From a virus (Duplodnaviria > Caudoviricetes): a DNA stretch of 62,627 bases. The stretch's first letter is position 1. The number at the start of each line of letters is the position of its first letter. Below are positions 37,401 to 46,198 of the stretch, piece by piece. Location: IMG/VR virus record IMGVR_UViG_3300025115_000633, positions 1 through 62,627 of that record. One strand, 5' to 3'. Made by a program: the position numbers and the translations under genes. Under the pieces are notes generated by a model that was not told where the DNA came from, did not search any database, and saw only the letters and a list, made by a program, of their open reading frames with translations.

Positions 37401-39127
37401 GTGATACTGGGTTTTATTTTTATAATCTGCTGCCTTGGATTGTCAGACTGAACGACCAGATTGCCGCAGGGTCTGATACTAATACTACGTTACAGGGCAT
37501 ATTTTCGATATTAGACCTTCAGGCGGATTGGGCTGATGAAGAGGTTCTCGGTATATACAACTTGATGAACGCTGAGGTGTGTGACGCCGAGTTCCTTCTT
37601 TATCTGTCAGCCACTCTGGGCACCGCTGTCACCACAGATATCTCGCCAATTTTCCGCCGTTGGTTTGTACGCAATCTTGTGAAATTTCATAAGATAAAAG
37701 GCACCCACATGTCGTGGGATAAGCAGTGGTTATGGCTAACTGAGAACGCTTACGGGGCAACTGAGCTATGGAAGGGGCAAATTCATGAGGTGGGCGACTA
37801 TGAGCAGTCAGAAGATCCTAACCATCAGTTAAATTCGGCGAGGTTTGACGTTTATAGTTCTGATGGTTCAACGTATCTTGTTCCCTCTGAAGCTCAGCTA
37901 TATGTCAATAAAATAGATGACCTTAGACCTGTACATGTTCTCCTTCGTTATTGGTATTTGGCTGGCGGAATTGATGATTATTTTGCCCCTGTGCTTGAAG
38001 AGCCAATATTTAATGCTCAGGCTAATTTTGAAGACTCGGCTCAGAACTTGTCCGATTATGTGACCACAAGAGTGGTATGTATTGGCTCTTCGGTGGTTTG
38101 TCAGAGTGGTTGTGAAAGTTTATGTGAAGATTGGTGTCAAACGGGTTGTGAAACCATATGCGAACACTTCTGCGAGATAGATAGTTGCCAGATAAGATGC
38201 ATGTTTTCTAGCGAGGGCAACCAGCAGTGCCAGACAACGTGTATGATTTTAACCGAACCGGCATGCCAAACAAGTTGTGTATTCTCAGCTGTAATGAATC
38301 AAATATGTTATGCCAGTTGCCAATTGGCAATTCAACCTTGGTGTCATACGAGTTGCGTAGGTGCACTTGAGCCCTTCTGCCAGACATCCTGTACGGTTTG
38401 TAATTGTGAAAGTTATGCTTTTTGCCAGACATCATGTATTGGTTTAACTCAAGCTGCATGCCAAACAATGAATATGATGTCAGTTGGTCCTTACCCAAGA
38501 CCTCCTTGGTGGCCACCGGCGAATGAAAGTATCCCCGATTGGCTTTGGAATCGTCCTGGTGGTGATCCCTGTCTTACTTCTCAAACATTGACAATACGAC
38601 CGCCGTGGTTTCCACCACCGGGTGACCCTTGTTTCACTTCTCAAACATTTCCTCCTCTACCCCCAACGTCCCCATGTCCTACACATTGTGAATTCGTCTT
38701 TGAAGGCGGTGGTGTAATTTGGTCTCCCACAGGTCGATTTTATTGTTATAATGATCCGTTTGGTGACAGTCCCACACCTGTACCGCATATTTTTGGTGGA
38801 GACGGCTATATAGAAATGCGGTATAATGGAATTCTTAAAGGACTATCCGTAACAACCAATTTTACAAATCATTTTAGCCCTAAGTTAATTAGCGTCTCGT
38901 TTTCGGCTAATAAAGAAGGAACAACTTTAACTGGAGCCCCAACAACTGGGGATATTAGTGTACCTCTTAGTGGTATTTACCACGCTATAAATAATTCAGA
39001 TGGCACCGCCGTTGTATCAAAAGGCGATCTCATTGGCTTATCAGCAAGTTGCAGATATGAAGGTGGTGGAGCAGGCAGTGTTTGGGGCAATGTTGATGTG
39101 ACTTTTGATATTGAGGTTACGAGTTAA
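37397..39127 (+). CDS. second gpI/gp7-like baseplate protein with Cys-rich repeats, Pro-rich linker and C-terminal beta domain
   Basis: FYNLLPWI...CDAEFLLYLS...HKIKGT...RPVH, paralogous to 35770; CxxxC tract with three CQTSC. Confidence 0.85.
   Translation: MSDTGFYFYNLLPWIVRLNDQIAAGSDTNTTLQGIFSILDLQADWADEEVLGIYNLMNAEVCDAEFLLYLSATLGTAVTTDISPIFRRWFVRNLVKFHKIKGTHMSWDKQWLWLTENAYGATELWKGQIHEVGDYEQSEDPNHQLNSARFDVYSSDGSTYLVPSEAQLYVNKIDDLRPVHVLLRYWYLAGGIDDYFAPVLEEPIFNAQANFEDSAQNLSDYVTTRVVCIGSSVVCQSGCESLCEDWCQTGCETICEHFCEIDSCQIRCMFSSEGNQQCQTTCMILTEPACQTSCVFSAVMNQICYASCQLAIQPWCHTSCVGALEPFCQTSCTVCNCESYAFCQTSCIGLTQAACQTMNMMSVGPYPRPPWWPPANESIPDWLWNRPGGDPCLTSQTLTIRPPWFPPPGDPCFTSQTFPPLPPTSPCPTHCEFVFEGGGVIWSPTGRFYCYNDPFGDSPTPVPHIFGGDGYIEMRYNGILKGLSVTTNFTNHFSPKLISVSFSANKEGTTLTGAPTTGDISVPLSGIYHAINNSDGTAVVSKGDLIGLSASCRYEGGGAGSVWGNVDVTFDIEVTS
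38078..38470 (+). repeat. Cys-rich tract: CXXX run then spaced CxxxC pairs (CQTTC, CQTSC x3, CYASC, CHTSC)
   Basis: Read from the translation. Confidence 0.9.
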
Positions 39128-39148
39128 ATGCTCTATAACATTGGTTAA

Positions 39149-39172
39149 GTTTAAGTGTCCGTTTGGTATAAA
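39149..39172 (+). promoter_or_regulatory. variant phage promoter GTTTAA-N12-TATAAA upstream of radical SAM gene
   Basis: gtttaa-gtgtccgtttgg-tataaa; same spacing as the five core copies; AGGAGG SD follows. Confidence 0.6.
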
Positions 39173-39192
39173 AAGGTCTAAGGAGGTTTAGA

Positions 39193-40602
39193 ATGAAGCA
39201 GTTGACAGAGGGGTGCTCACTGAGGAACTCAGCCGTCTGTGAGCCGAAAACTTTGGATTTTGAAATCGAGGGGCGTAAGTTTTCCTATGATTGCAATTCA
39301 ATGAAATTGTTCCAACTCGAAGAGGGAGAGAGCATTACTGGGGCAGATCGTGTACCCCAGTTCCCTTTCACGTCATGGTTTGGCGTTTCTGCAATGGTGC
39401 TGGAAGCCACCCACGCCTGCCATAATGCTTGCCGCTATTGCTTTGTTGACCTGAAATACGATGACCATGTCCACACGATGAAGCTGGACACGGCTTTACG
39501 GGCTATAACCTACTTTTTCCCCAGACCGGAAAAGGGGTTTAATCCTCGGGTTAAAGCCCCCCATATCGGGTTCTTCGGCGGAGAGCCGTTACTCAACTGG
39601 CCACTAATTGATGGGGTGACGGGGTTCTTAAGGGGGTATTGCCACCCTATACGCCCGTCGTTGGGTATGACCACGTCTGCCGTTCTAATGACAGAAGAAC
39701 GAGCTAAATACCTCACCGATCACGGATATTCCTTTATCGTCTCGTTGGACGGACCCAAAGATATTCATGATGCCTTTCGCCCGCATAAAGATGGAGACGG
39801 AACGTATGACAGGGCTATTCAGGGCATTAAATACCTGAACGACGCCGGCACCAGGAACATTACCCTGAGAGGCACGTTCACCGCAGACTGCGTGAGATTG
39901 CTGGACAGGGTCGTTCACCTCAACGAACTTTGTGACGTGGGGATGGGCAACTGGGCGTCCGTGGAGCCAGCAGACCTCTCTGAACACGCCTGCGTCAAGG
40001 CTGGACCGGGGATGGTGTTCACCCCCGAAACCGTGAGGGCTTTGGAATCTGAATATATGGCGTGTGCCAAATGGTTTGTTGAGAGGGTTAAAAATGGAAA
40101 GAAAGTCAGATTTCATCAGCTGTATAAAACGGTGGAGCGATTGCTCTACGGGTTTGCTTCCCCCAATGAGTGTGGGGCTGGCAGGGCATATATTGGTATC
40201 GGACCAACAGGTTCTATTCATGCATGCCACAGAGAGAACAACTCCTACATTGGTCACATGGACAAGGGGTGGATTGACGAAGCCCTCCGTGCTAAATGGG
40301 TGGATAACAGAGGCATTTACACTAGACCTAAGTGCGTAGCCTGCCCTATACGCTTTGTTTGTGGGAGTGGGTGCAGGGAGTCGTCTCTTGGGGATTCTGG
40401 GGATATAACTATACCTAACGTCATTTCTTGCGAGTTTTGGAAGCTGTTTTTCAAGGCTGCGGTATGGGTGGTGTCTGAGGTGGATAAGGCAACATTGATG
40501 ACTGCCATACCTATGCCTCAAGGGTTGTGCCGACCCAAGATTGGGCAATGTAAAGGCTGTGTAGATAAAGGAGAGCCTGTTGAAGGTAGCCCTGCTCCGT
40601 GA
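39193..40602 (+). CDS. radical SAM/SPASM-domain peptide maturase (CteB/PapB/QhpD-like thioether-forming class)
   Basis: CHNACRYC, FFGGEPLL, VSLDGP...HD..R, RGTFT, CGAG...GSIHACH, CVAC...CGSGC...C SPASM cysteines; N-terminal FSYDCNSM RRE-like strands. Confidence 0.93.
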   Translation: MKQLTEGCSLRNSAVCEPKTLDFEIEGRKFSYDCNSMKLFQLEEGESITGADRVPQFPFTSWFGVSAMVLEATHACHNACRYCFVDLKYDDHVHTMKLDTALRAITYFFPRPEKGFNPRVKAPHIGFFGGEPLLNWPLIDGVTGFLRGYCHPIRPSLGMTTSAVLMTEERAKYLTDHGYSFIVSLDGPKDIHDAFRPHKDGDGTYDRAIQGIKYLNDAGTRNITLRGTFTADCVRLLDRVVHLNELCDVGMGNWASVEPADLSEHACVKAGPGMVFTPETVRALESEYMACAKWFVERVKNGKKVRFHQLYKTVERLLYGFASPNECGAGRAYIGIGPTGSIHACHRENNSYIGHMDKGWIDEALRAKWVDNRGIYTRPKCVACPIRFVCGSGCRESSLGDSGDITIPNVISCEFWKLFFKAAVWVVSEVDKATLMTAIPMPQGLCRPKIGQCKGCVDKGEPVEGSPAP

Positions 40603-41530
40603 GTCCGGAGGCTATGGTGATATAATAACCATGTCCGCTGCCGGGCAGTCAGTAAAAGCCAGGATGGGTGCAGATGTCCATGTTGAGGCGTTTGTACCTA
40701 AAGATTTCGAGCAGGCGGCAGATCATCTTGTGGGCATTGATTCTGTGGTGGCATTGAACCCTCCGCCAATACATAGTAGGAGAAGACGCGATACTTATTT
40801 GGATGTTCATCAGCACCCATATCTCAGAACGGTATTTGAGGCTAAGCCCGATAAGATAGTTGATTTGTTTTGCCCTGGTTTTCTTTATGAAGAGACGACA
40901 CGTGATGAAATTCTGTACAGCAGGGCACAACTTTTCGCTATGGCTGCCGGCGGTCTTGATGTGTCGAAGGTTGCACCTATTTGGCAAATTGAGCCGTGGG
41001 AAGCAGATAATGCAGAGTATATGATGAAAACTCTGAAGCTGGAGGATGGGTTTATAGGTGTTGCTTTGCGAGGGACATGCAGTTGCAGAACTTTTCCTGC
41101 GGATAAGTGCCAGGAGCTTTTGATGGGGATAAAGAAAATGGGGTTTCAGATAGGGCTTTTGGATTGCGTACATCCTAAATATTCTTTACCCTCTGGCTCT
41201 GTAAGGATAGTCGGGTTTGATATTCCGACCGTGGCGGCCATACTAACTAAAGCGAGGTTGCTGATCACCGTAGATACAGGAATGTTGCATTTAAGTCAGG
41301 CAGTGGGCACGAAATTTATAACAATTTTCGGTCCCACGACAACTGCTATAGTAAATACTTATGATAACTGTGTGGGTAAAGTTGTAAATCCGGGAACCAA
41401 ATGCTCTGTACCATGCAATTACAGAAGGATGCTTGGGTGGAACAGTGAAGTTTGTAGGAAGACGGGGTGCGATAGAATGTTATCGGTTGAGGTGCAGCAG
41501 GTGCTTTCAACCTTTAAGGAGGCATTATGA
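40580..41530 (+). CDS. glycosyltransferase family 9
   Basis: GGYGDII start; ITVDTGMLHLSQAVG...IFGPT; C-terminal Cys cluster. Confidence 0.88.
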   Translation: MKVALLRESGGYGDIITMSAAGQSVKARMGADVHVEAFVPKDFEQAADHLVGIDSVVALNPPPIHSRRRRDTYLDVHQHPYLRTVFEAKPDKIVDLFCPGFLYEETTRDEILYSRAQLFAMAAGGLDVSKVAPIWQIEPWEADNAEYMMKTLKLEDGFIGVALRGTCSCRTFPADKCQELLMGIKKMGFQIGLLDCVHPKYSLPSGSVRIVGFDIPTVAAILTKARLLITVDTGMLHLSQAVGTKFITIFGPTTTAIVNTYDNCVGKVVNPGTKCSVPCNYRRMLGWNSEVCRKTGCDRMLSVEVQQVLSTFKEAL

Positions 41531-42396
41531 GTTGCATGATATGCGTTTTCTCATATGAACGTTATGGACATTTGAAATTGTGCCTTCATTATCTTTCTAA
41601 GGCTATAGAGGGTATGGATTTCAAAGTAGTGGTTATGGATGATGGGAGCAAAGACGAGCGTATTCCTGGAATGTTGCACCAAAAGGTGGTGTCCAATGAA
41701 ATAGCCAGATTTATGACCAGTACTAATCCACGAACAGAGGATACCCAATCAAATAAAGCCGCCCGTATTGGGCTTCAGCGTCAGGCTGCGGTTGAGTATT
41801 TTCTTACTATCGGGACAGAACCGTATCTTTTTCTCATGGATGATGATATCATTCTAGGCAAAGGTGTTATACAGGAGGCCGTAGCTGATTTCGAGATGAT
41901 GAGGAATATAACGGACGCTAATCCTGGAGGGTTGTCGCTTCACGCAATGTTTGCCCATGATGGTTATAGATATTTTGGTCAGAATATTTTTTGCGAATGT
42001 AGATTCTCTGGCGAAGCCAATATGCTTCTGAGCAGGGACGGGCTACAGAAAACAGGGAACAAATTTAACGACCAGAAAAGTGGATTTGGGGATACGCAAA
42101 TTAAAGCTATACGGGATGCTGGCTTGAGATATTACACCCGCGTTCGTCCTCCTTATGCTGTTCAACATATAGGGATAGGGCTTGGCGGTTCAGTTATTCA
42201 TGCGGGGGTTGTTCGTCAGCCGAAATGGACATGCCACCCATATAGACATCTCTTCAAAGAAGACCAGGGCAAGCTTGTGTGTGTGCCGGGCTTTAACATA
42301 ATCAGATACACGGAGCTTCTGGGGCAGGTGGATCCTTCTCAGGCTCCTTTGGTTTATCTTGATAGGATTAAGGAGTTATCCAATGGAAGCGAGTAA
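41527..42396 (+). CDS. glycosyltransferase family 2-like
   Basis: VFSYER, VVMDDGSKD, LMDDD, VQHIG. Confidence 0.82.
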   Translation: MSCMICVFSYERYGHLKLCLHYLSKAIEGMDFKVVVMDDGSKDERIPGMLHQKVVSNEIARFMTSTNPRTEDTQSNKAARIGLQRQAAVEYFLTIGTEPYLFLMDDDIILGKGVIQEAVADFEMMRNITDANPGGLSLHAMFAHDGYRYFGQNIFCECRFSGEANMLLSRDGLQKTGNKFNDQKSGFGDTQIKAIRDAGLRYYTRVRPPYAVQHIGIGLGGSVIHAGVVRQPKWTCHPYRHLFKEDQGKLVCVPGFNIIRYTELLGQVDPSQAPLVYLDRIKELSNGSE

Positions 42397-42889
42397 ATTC
42401 TTTGAGCATGTCTCTGAGCCGAAAGGTGCTTTCCGTTTAGAGGCAGTAGGCAAGGGCGGTGAACGGAAAGTGTTGGTTGACATCAATAATTTGATAGTCA
42501 AAAATTTTGCCACCCAGTGCTCATATCTCCTGGCAGGCGATGGGCTGAACGACAGATATATTAACCGTATAGGTTATGGTGTGGGCACGTCTGAGCCTTC
42601 GGTAGACGATTATGAGCTTACACGGTATGTACCTTATGGCGAGGAAGAGGGGGATCCGTATATCGCTGTGGCTACTGTGGACGATGTTCAGTTCCCCACG
42701 ACGTACAGCGTGAGGTTCCGGGCGACGGTGGAGGCTCCCGATTTTAACGGCGTGGAGTGGAGTGAAGCTGGGCTTATGACAGCTAACACTAGTCCTTATT
42801 TAATGTCTAGAGTAACTTTCCCGCCGCAGATGAAGTCCGAGTATTGGTCTTGGACGGCTGCGTGGACGATATATTGGATCCCAGCATAA
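42383..42889 (+). CDS. tail-collar/fibre-attachment domain protein
   Basis: NNLIV...IGYGVGT...WSEAGL...SRVTF...WTI pattern; AAGGAG SD before ATG 42383. Confidence 0.7.
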   Translation: MEASKFFEHVSEPKGAFRLEAVGKGGERKVLVDINNLIVKNFATQCSYLLAGDGLNDRYINRIGYGVGTSEPSVDDYELTRYVPYGEEEGDPYIAVATVDDVQFPTTYSVRFRATVEAPDFNGVEWSEAGLMTANTSPYLMSRVTFPPQMKSEYWSWTAAWTIYWIPA

Positions 42890-42899
42890 GGAGTGAAAA

Positions 42900-43346
42900 A
42901 TGAAGGGTTTAGTTGAAATTCAGAAAATGAACAGGGACGGTGAGGTTGTTGATGAACGGAAGATAACTAATCTGGTGGTTTCAGGAGCATACGTCAATCT
43001 AGCCCGCCTGCTGGCAGGTCCGGAGCATAATCTTAACCGTGAAATCACCCAGATGCAGTTTGGGACGGGAAGCATGTCGCCGGCAATCACCGACACTCGT
43101 CTTCAGCTACCAATTACCCCCGTTAAGACGATTCAGTCGGTGGACATATTTTATGCAGAGTTTTCAGTAAGCTTCAGGGCATTCTTGCTTGCAGAAGAAG
43201 GCAATGGGTTCTCTATATCGGAAGCTGGGCTGATAACCGATTCAAGAGTCCTGATTGCTAGATGCGGGTTCTCCGGTTTAGAGAAGACTTCAGACTATAT
43301 TCTAGGGTTTACCTGGACTATTGTAACTGGCGAGTTCGATTACTAA
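42900..43346 (+). CDS. tail-collar/fibre-attachment domain protein (paralog)
   Basis: TNLVV...MQFGTG...ISEAGL...IARCGF...WTI. Confidence 0.7.
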   Translation: MKGLVEIQKMNRDGEVVDERKITNLVVSGAYVNLARLLAGPEHNLNREITQMQFGTGSMSPAITDTRLQLPITPVKTIQSVDIFYAEFSVSFRAFLLAEEGNGFSISEAGLITDSRVLIARCGFSGLEKTSDYILGFTWTIVTGEFDY

Positions 43347-43356
43347 AAAATATTTC

Positions 43357-43385
43357 TTGACAGTGGCCTTTTAAGACTGTATACT
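43357..43385 (+). promoter_or_regulatory. sigma70-type promoter TTGACA-N17-TATACT
   Basis: ttgaca gtggccttttaagactg tatact. Confidence 0.88.
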
Positions 43386-43391
43386 AGAGAT

Positions 43392-43486
43392 GTGGTTGAT
43401 GCTCACTGTCAAATGAAAAATTTCCGAGTGGCGCAAAAGACCTTTCTTAGCAGAGTGTCAACCACCTTTGTGCCACTCGGTTTTTT
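43392..43486 (+). ncRNA. structured leader RNA with interleaved helices (pseudoknot or switch) and U-tract
   Basis: 43392-43404 pairs with 43453-43465 (13 bp); 43424-43437 pairs with 43467-43480 (14 bp); only G-U deviations; T6 follows. Confidence 0.65.
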
Positions 43487-43500
43487 AAGGAGAGTCGGAT

Positions 43501-43929
43501 ATGAATATGAAGAGAGAAATACCAGCACATGTTGGTACACCTGAGATCTGGTTTAATCACCATGATCACACAACTGAAGAAATGAAAAAGCTATTAAGCA
43601 AAAGAAAAATAGATCCATTTCGATCGTGCAGAGTAACTCGTGACATGCCGATAGATAGGATATTTTATCGCAGGACTCTTCTGATTGTCCCGCACCTCGC
43701 CGGTATATGGAGAACCTCGTGGCGGGATCCAGAGGTTCGAGAAGCGATGGAGCGGAGCCTTGCTCTGGTCGGCGACCAAATAGGTGTTACGGACATCCAC
43801 ATCTATAGCAAGGGTCCGAAGTTCGCTTTCACTTGGAAGGTGAATGGCACTACATACAGGACTAGGGTTATGCCCAATACAGTCCAGTATGACAGGAAGA
43901 TAGAAACCAAGAAGCCGATAAAAGCTTAA
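43501..43929 (+). CDS. hypothetical basic protein
   Basis: AAGGAG SD after the structured leader. Confidence 0.7.
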   Translation: MNMKREIPAHVGTPEIWFNHHDHTTEEMKKLLSKRKIDPFRSCRVTRDMPIDRIFYRRTLLIVPHLAGIWRTSWRDPEVREAMERSLALVGDQIGVTDIHIYSKGPKFAFTWKVNGTTYRTRVMPNTVQYDRKIETKKPIKA

Positions 43930-43940
43930 AATTTGGCGAG

Positions 43941-43964
43941 GTTTAACGCCCCGTCCGGTATAAT
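43941..43964 (+). promoter_or_regulatory. phage promoter motif GTTTAA-N12-TATAAT
   Basis: gtttaa-cgccccgtccgg-tataat. Confidence 0.85.
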
Positions 43965-44004
43965 GCTTTTACGGAGAACAATAATTTCAGTAAGGAGAAT
44001 TGAA

Positions 44005-45027
44005 ATGGGTGCACCTGAATTGAAGGCTTTCGATGATGCGAGAACGGAAATCGAAACTTTGGCTATCCGTTCATTTGAGTGTGAACCATCAAAACTTGAA
44101 CTGGCGACAGAGGTGTCGTCAACTGCGACGACTTTGACCATCGCTGGTGTAAGGGGCAGGGATGTTCAGCCTGCCAAAATGAGTAACCATCTAGTTCTTC
44201 GGCGAGTCGAAAAATTTATGGGCATCAGCCCATCACTAATCAAAGAGTTTTACGACGACAAAGACCTTTTGAGAGCGATTTTCAAACACACACTGTCTCA
44301 CAGAGATAATGACCAAGTGCGGTTCATTTGCCGTGGAAACGAGGTTATCGACATAACCGACACTCAAAAGCCGTTTGTGTCTCCATTAACGTCGTTTGAC
44401 ATGGTGGCCGACATTTTGGGAAAGAACATCTTCGGCATCTCACGTTGCGGTGTCGGGTACGGGACTGACGGCTTCGAGGCTGAGTTTGTGACTCAGGTGA
44501 ACAACGCCCCGAAGAAAGACAAGGGCGACCTGTCTTATGCCGGCATCTATTTCCATAGCGATGGAGAGATGTTGGTTGAACCTTTCGTGTACCGTCTTGT
44601 CTGTAGCAACGGGGCTATTCGCAGGTCATCTGTGATGCGGCTGTATGATAGCACCGAGAGCTACATGAAGTCTCTTGGTTCGGCTGTGTCGGTTGAGGTC
44701 GTGGAGAGCCAGAAGATGCTCGAGAGGTTTATCAAGAGTGCAGAGATTCCCGTAACCGACCCTGTTCGGCTTATTACGGCTGAGGGCAGACGTAGCGGGC
44801 TGCCTGACCACGCAGTTCGAGGGTTCATTGAGTCAGTTCCTGCTATGGGCAGGGATGTAACTATGTATGATGTCGTCAATATGTTCACTTCAGCGGCCAA
44901 TGAGCAGAATTCGAGGACTGCCAGAATGAAGCTGCAAAAGGCAGGTGGCGGACTGACAAATGATTCTGACCATTATAATCATTGTGTGGAATGCGGTCAG
45001 TTGCTTTATGTAAAACATCACAATTAA
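44005..45027 (+). CDS. DUF932-like protein
   Basis: VEPFVYRLVCSNG motif; TMYDVVNMFT; AAGGAG SD before ATG 44005. Confidence 0.72.
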   Translation: MGAPELKAFDDARTEIETLAIRSFECEPSKLELATEVSSTATTLTIAGVRGRDVQPAKMSNHLVLRRVEKFMGISPSLIKEFYDDKDLLRAIFKHTLSHRDNDQVRFICRGNEVIDITDTQKPFVSPLTSFDMVADILGKNIFGISRCGVGYGTDGFEAEFVTQVNNAPKKDKGDLSYAGIYFHSDGEMLVEPFVYRLVCSNGAIRRSSVMRLYDSTESYMKSLGSAVSVEVVESQKMLERFIKSAEIPVTDPVRLITAEGRRSGLPDHAVRGFIESVPAMGRDVTMYDVVNMFTSAANEQNSRTARMKLQKAGGGLTNDSDHYNHCVECGQLLYVKHHN

Positions 45028-45092
45028 GGCGTTTAGACGTACGGCGGGAATTCCCGTCCCTTTTGAAAACTTTACCAGAAGAGGGGTAAACG

Positions 45093-45698
45093 ATGAAAAC
45101 TAATTTGTCTCCTGAAACCATTACCGAAATGTATACGCAATTCGAGGCTATGATGTGGTCATATACGGAGAAAGCGTGGACGGCTGTCCGTAAACCTTGC
45201 TATTATAGTAAGGAAGACCTCTTTCAGGAAGCGAACATCATATTCATGGAAGCGGTGAAGAAGTACATGCCCTCAAAGGGCTCGTTCTCCACCCTTCTTT
45301 CTCGCAAGCTGCATAATCGGTTTGCGTGGATTGTGGTGAAAAGTTACGGATATAATGATCTCAATCCCGCCGAATTGACTGGACAGGAGGTAGAAATTAG
45401 GGGGCGCACGTCCCCTGAATACTCAAAGGAAATAACCATAGAGGATATTAACCTTGTGGGCAGTATTTCTGCTGAGGCTAGGGAGTTAATTAATCTCGTG
45501 CTCTCTCCTCCGACTGACCTGCTCGAAATGATGCTCCAGCATGAGGCGAAGGCGGATGCTGAGGTTACAAAAACAGGCAACCGTGCAAAGGCAACGCAAA
45601 AACATCGGCTGAGTCCAGTGTTGAGAGAATATATGGGGCTTACGCCTCGTCAGTATACGCATTTACGTAAAGAGATTCTCGCAAAAGTGGCTGTGTGA
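45093..45698 (+). CDS. RNA polymerase sigma-factor-like protein
   Basis: EDLFQEANIIFMEAVKKY.PSKGSFSTLL, region 2 pattern. Confidence 0.75.
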   Translation: MKTNLSPETITEMYTQFEAMMWSYTEKAWTAVRKPCYYSKEDLFQEANIIFMEAVKKYMPSKGSFSTLLSRKLHNRFAWIVVKSYGYNDLNPAELTGQEVEIRGRTSPEYSKEITIEDINLVGSISAEARELINLVLSPPTDLLEMMLQHEAKADAEVTKTGNRAKATQKHRLSPVLREYMGLTPRQYTHLRKEILAKVAV

Positions 45699-45709
45699 AA
45701 CTTGGCGAG

Positions 45710-45733
45710 GTTTAATATCTCGTCCGGTATAAT
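45710..45733 (+). promoter_or_regulatory. phage promoter motif GTTTAA-N12-TATAAT
   Basis: gtttaa-tatctcgtccgg-tataat. Confidence 0.85.
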
Positions 45734-45748
45734 GCTCTTGGAGGAAAT

Positions 45749-46198
45749 ATGAAAGCCGAAGAGAGACAGGGCATTTATTCCACTTTGAGAGATAGGGTCA
45801 AAATTGACCAAATCCACCTCACAAAAGAATGTTCCGAGCATCCGGAATTGTTTGCCTTGGTATGCGATCTCATTGTTAATACTGAGGTTGAGCTTAGTTT
45901 AGCCGAGCGTGAATTGAGCCGTGTAAAGGGTACGGCTCTGCTACGGGCACTCAAATCGGTGCAAAGCACTGGGTGCAAATCAGCAGAACGTTCCAAAGTG
46001 CTTCAAGCGATTACAGATGAAGATCCAGATGTGCTTGTGGCAGAGGATATTGTTTTGACTATAAAAACCGAACTCAGCAAATATCATCGTCTTTATGAGG
46101 TGTTCAGGGCGCGTAAGGACATGTTAACAGAGGTTAGCCGTCGTGATATGGATACCGTATTTCAAGATCGTTGGCAGAAAAGGAGGGTAGAACAATGA
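45749..46198 (+). CDS. UvsY-like recombination mediator (coiled coil)
   Basis: VKIDQIHLTKEC...P...; FRARKDML; helical 149 aa. Confidence 0.6.
   Translation: MKAEERQGIYSTLRDRVKIDQIHLTKECSEHPELFALVCDLIVNTEVELSLAERELSRVKGTALLRALKSVQSTGCKSAERSKVLQAITDEDPDVLVAEDIVLTIKTELSKYHRLYEVFRARKDMLTEVSRRDMDTVFQDRWQKRRVEQ

Noticed and set aside
39685-40548. 287-aa minus-strand ORF, and similar ones at 16315, 26201, 58555 and 60303
   Set aside because: All lie opposite well-supported + strand genes and show no recognisable domains
39193-40602. Anaerobic sulfatase maturase or cofactor-biosynthesis role for the rSAM
   Set aside because: No sulfatase or cofactor genes in the window; RRE-like N-terminus and adjacent Cys tracts favour peptide modification. 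Disfavoured, not excluded
43933-44004. Tracked TTG start at 43933 (similarly 1743, 2335, 4785, 10701, 42359, 55190, 61973)
   Set aside because: The extension overlaps a promoter or the previous gene; downstream starts fit the gene packing and most have clear SD sequences
45043-45064. ggcgggaattcccgtc palindrome followed by a short T-run
   Set aside because: Could be a weak terminator or operator, but it is single-copy and short, so support is insufficient
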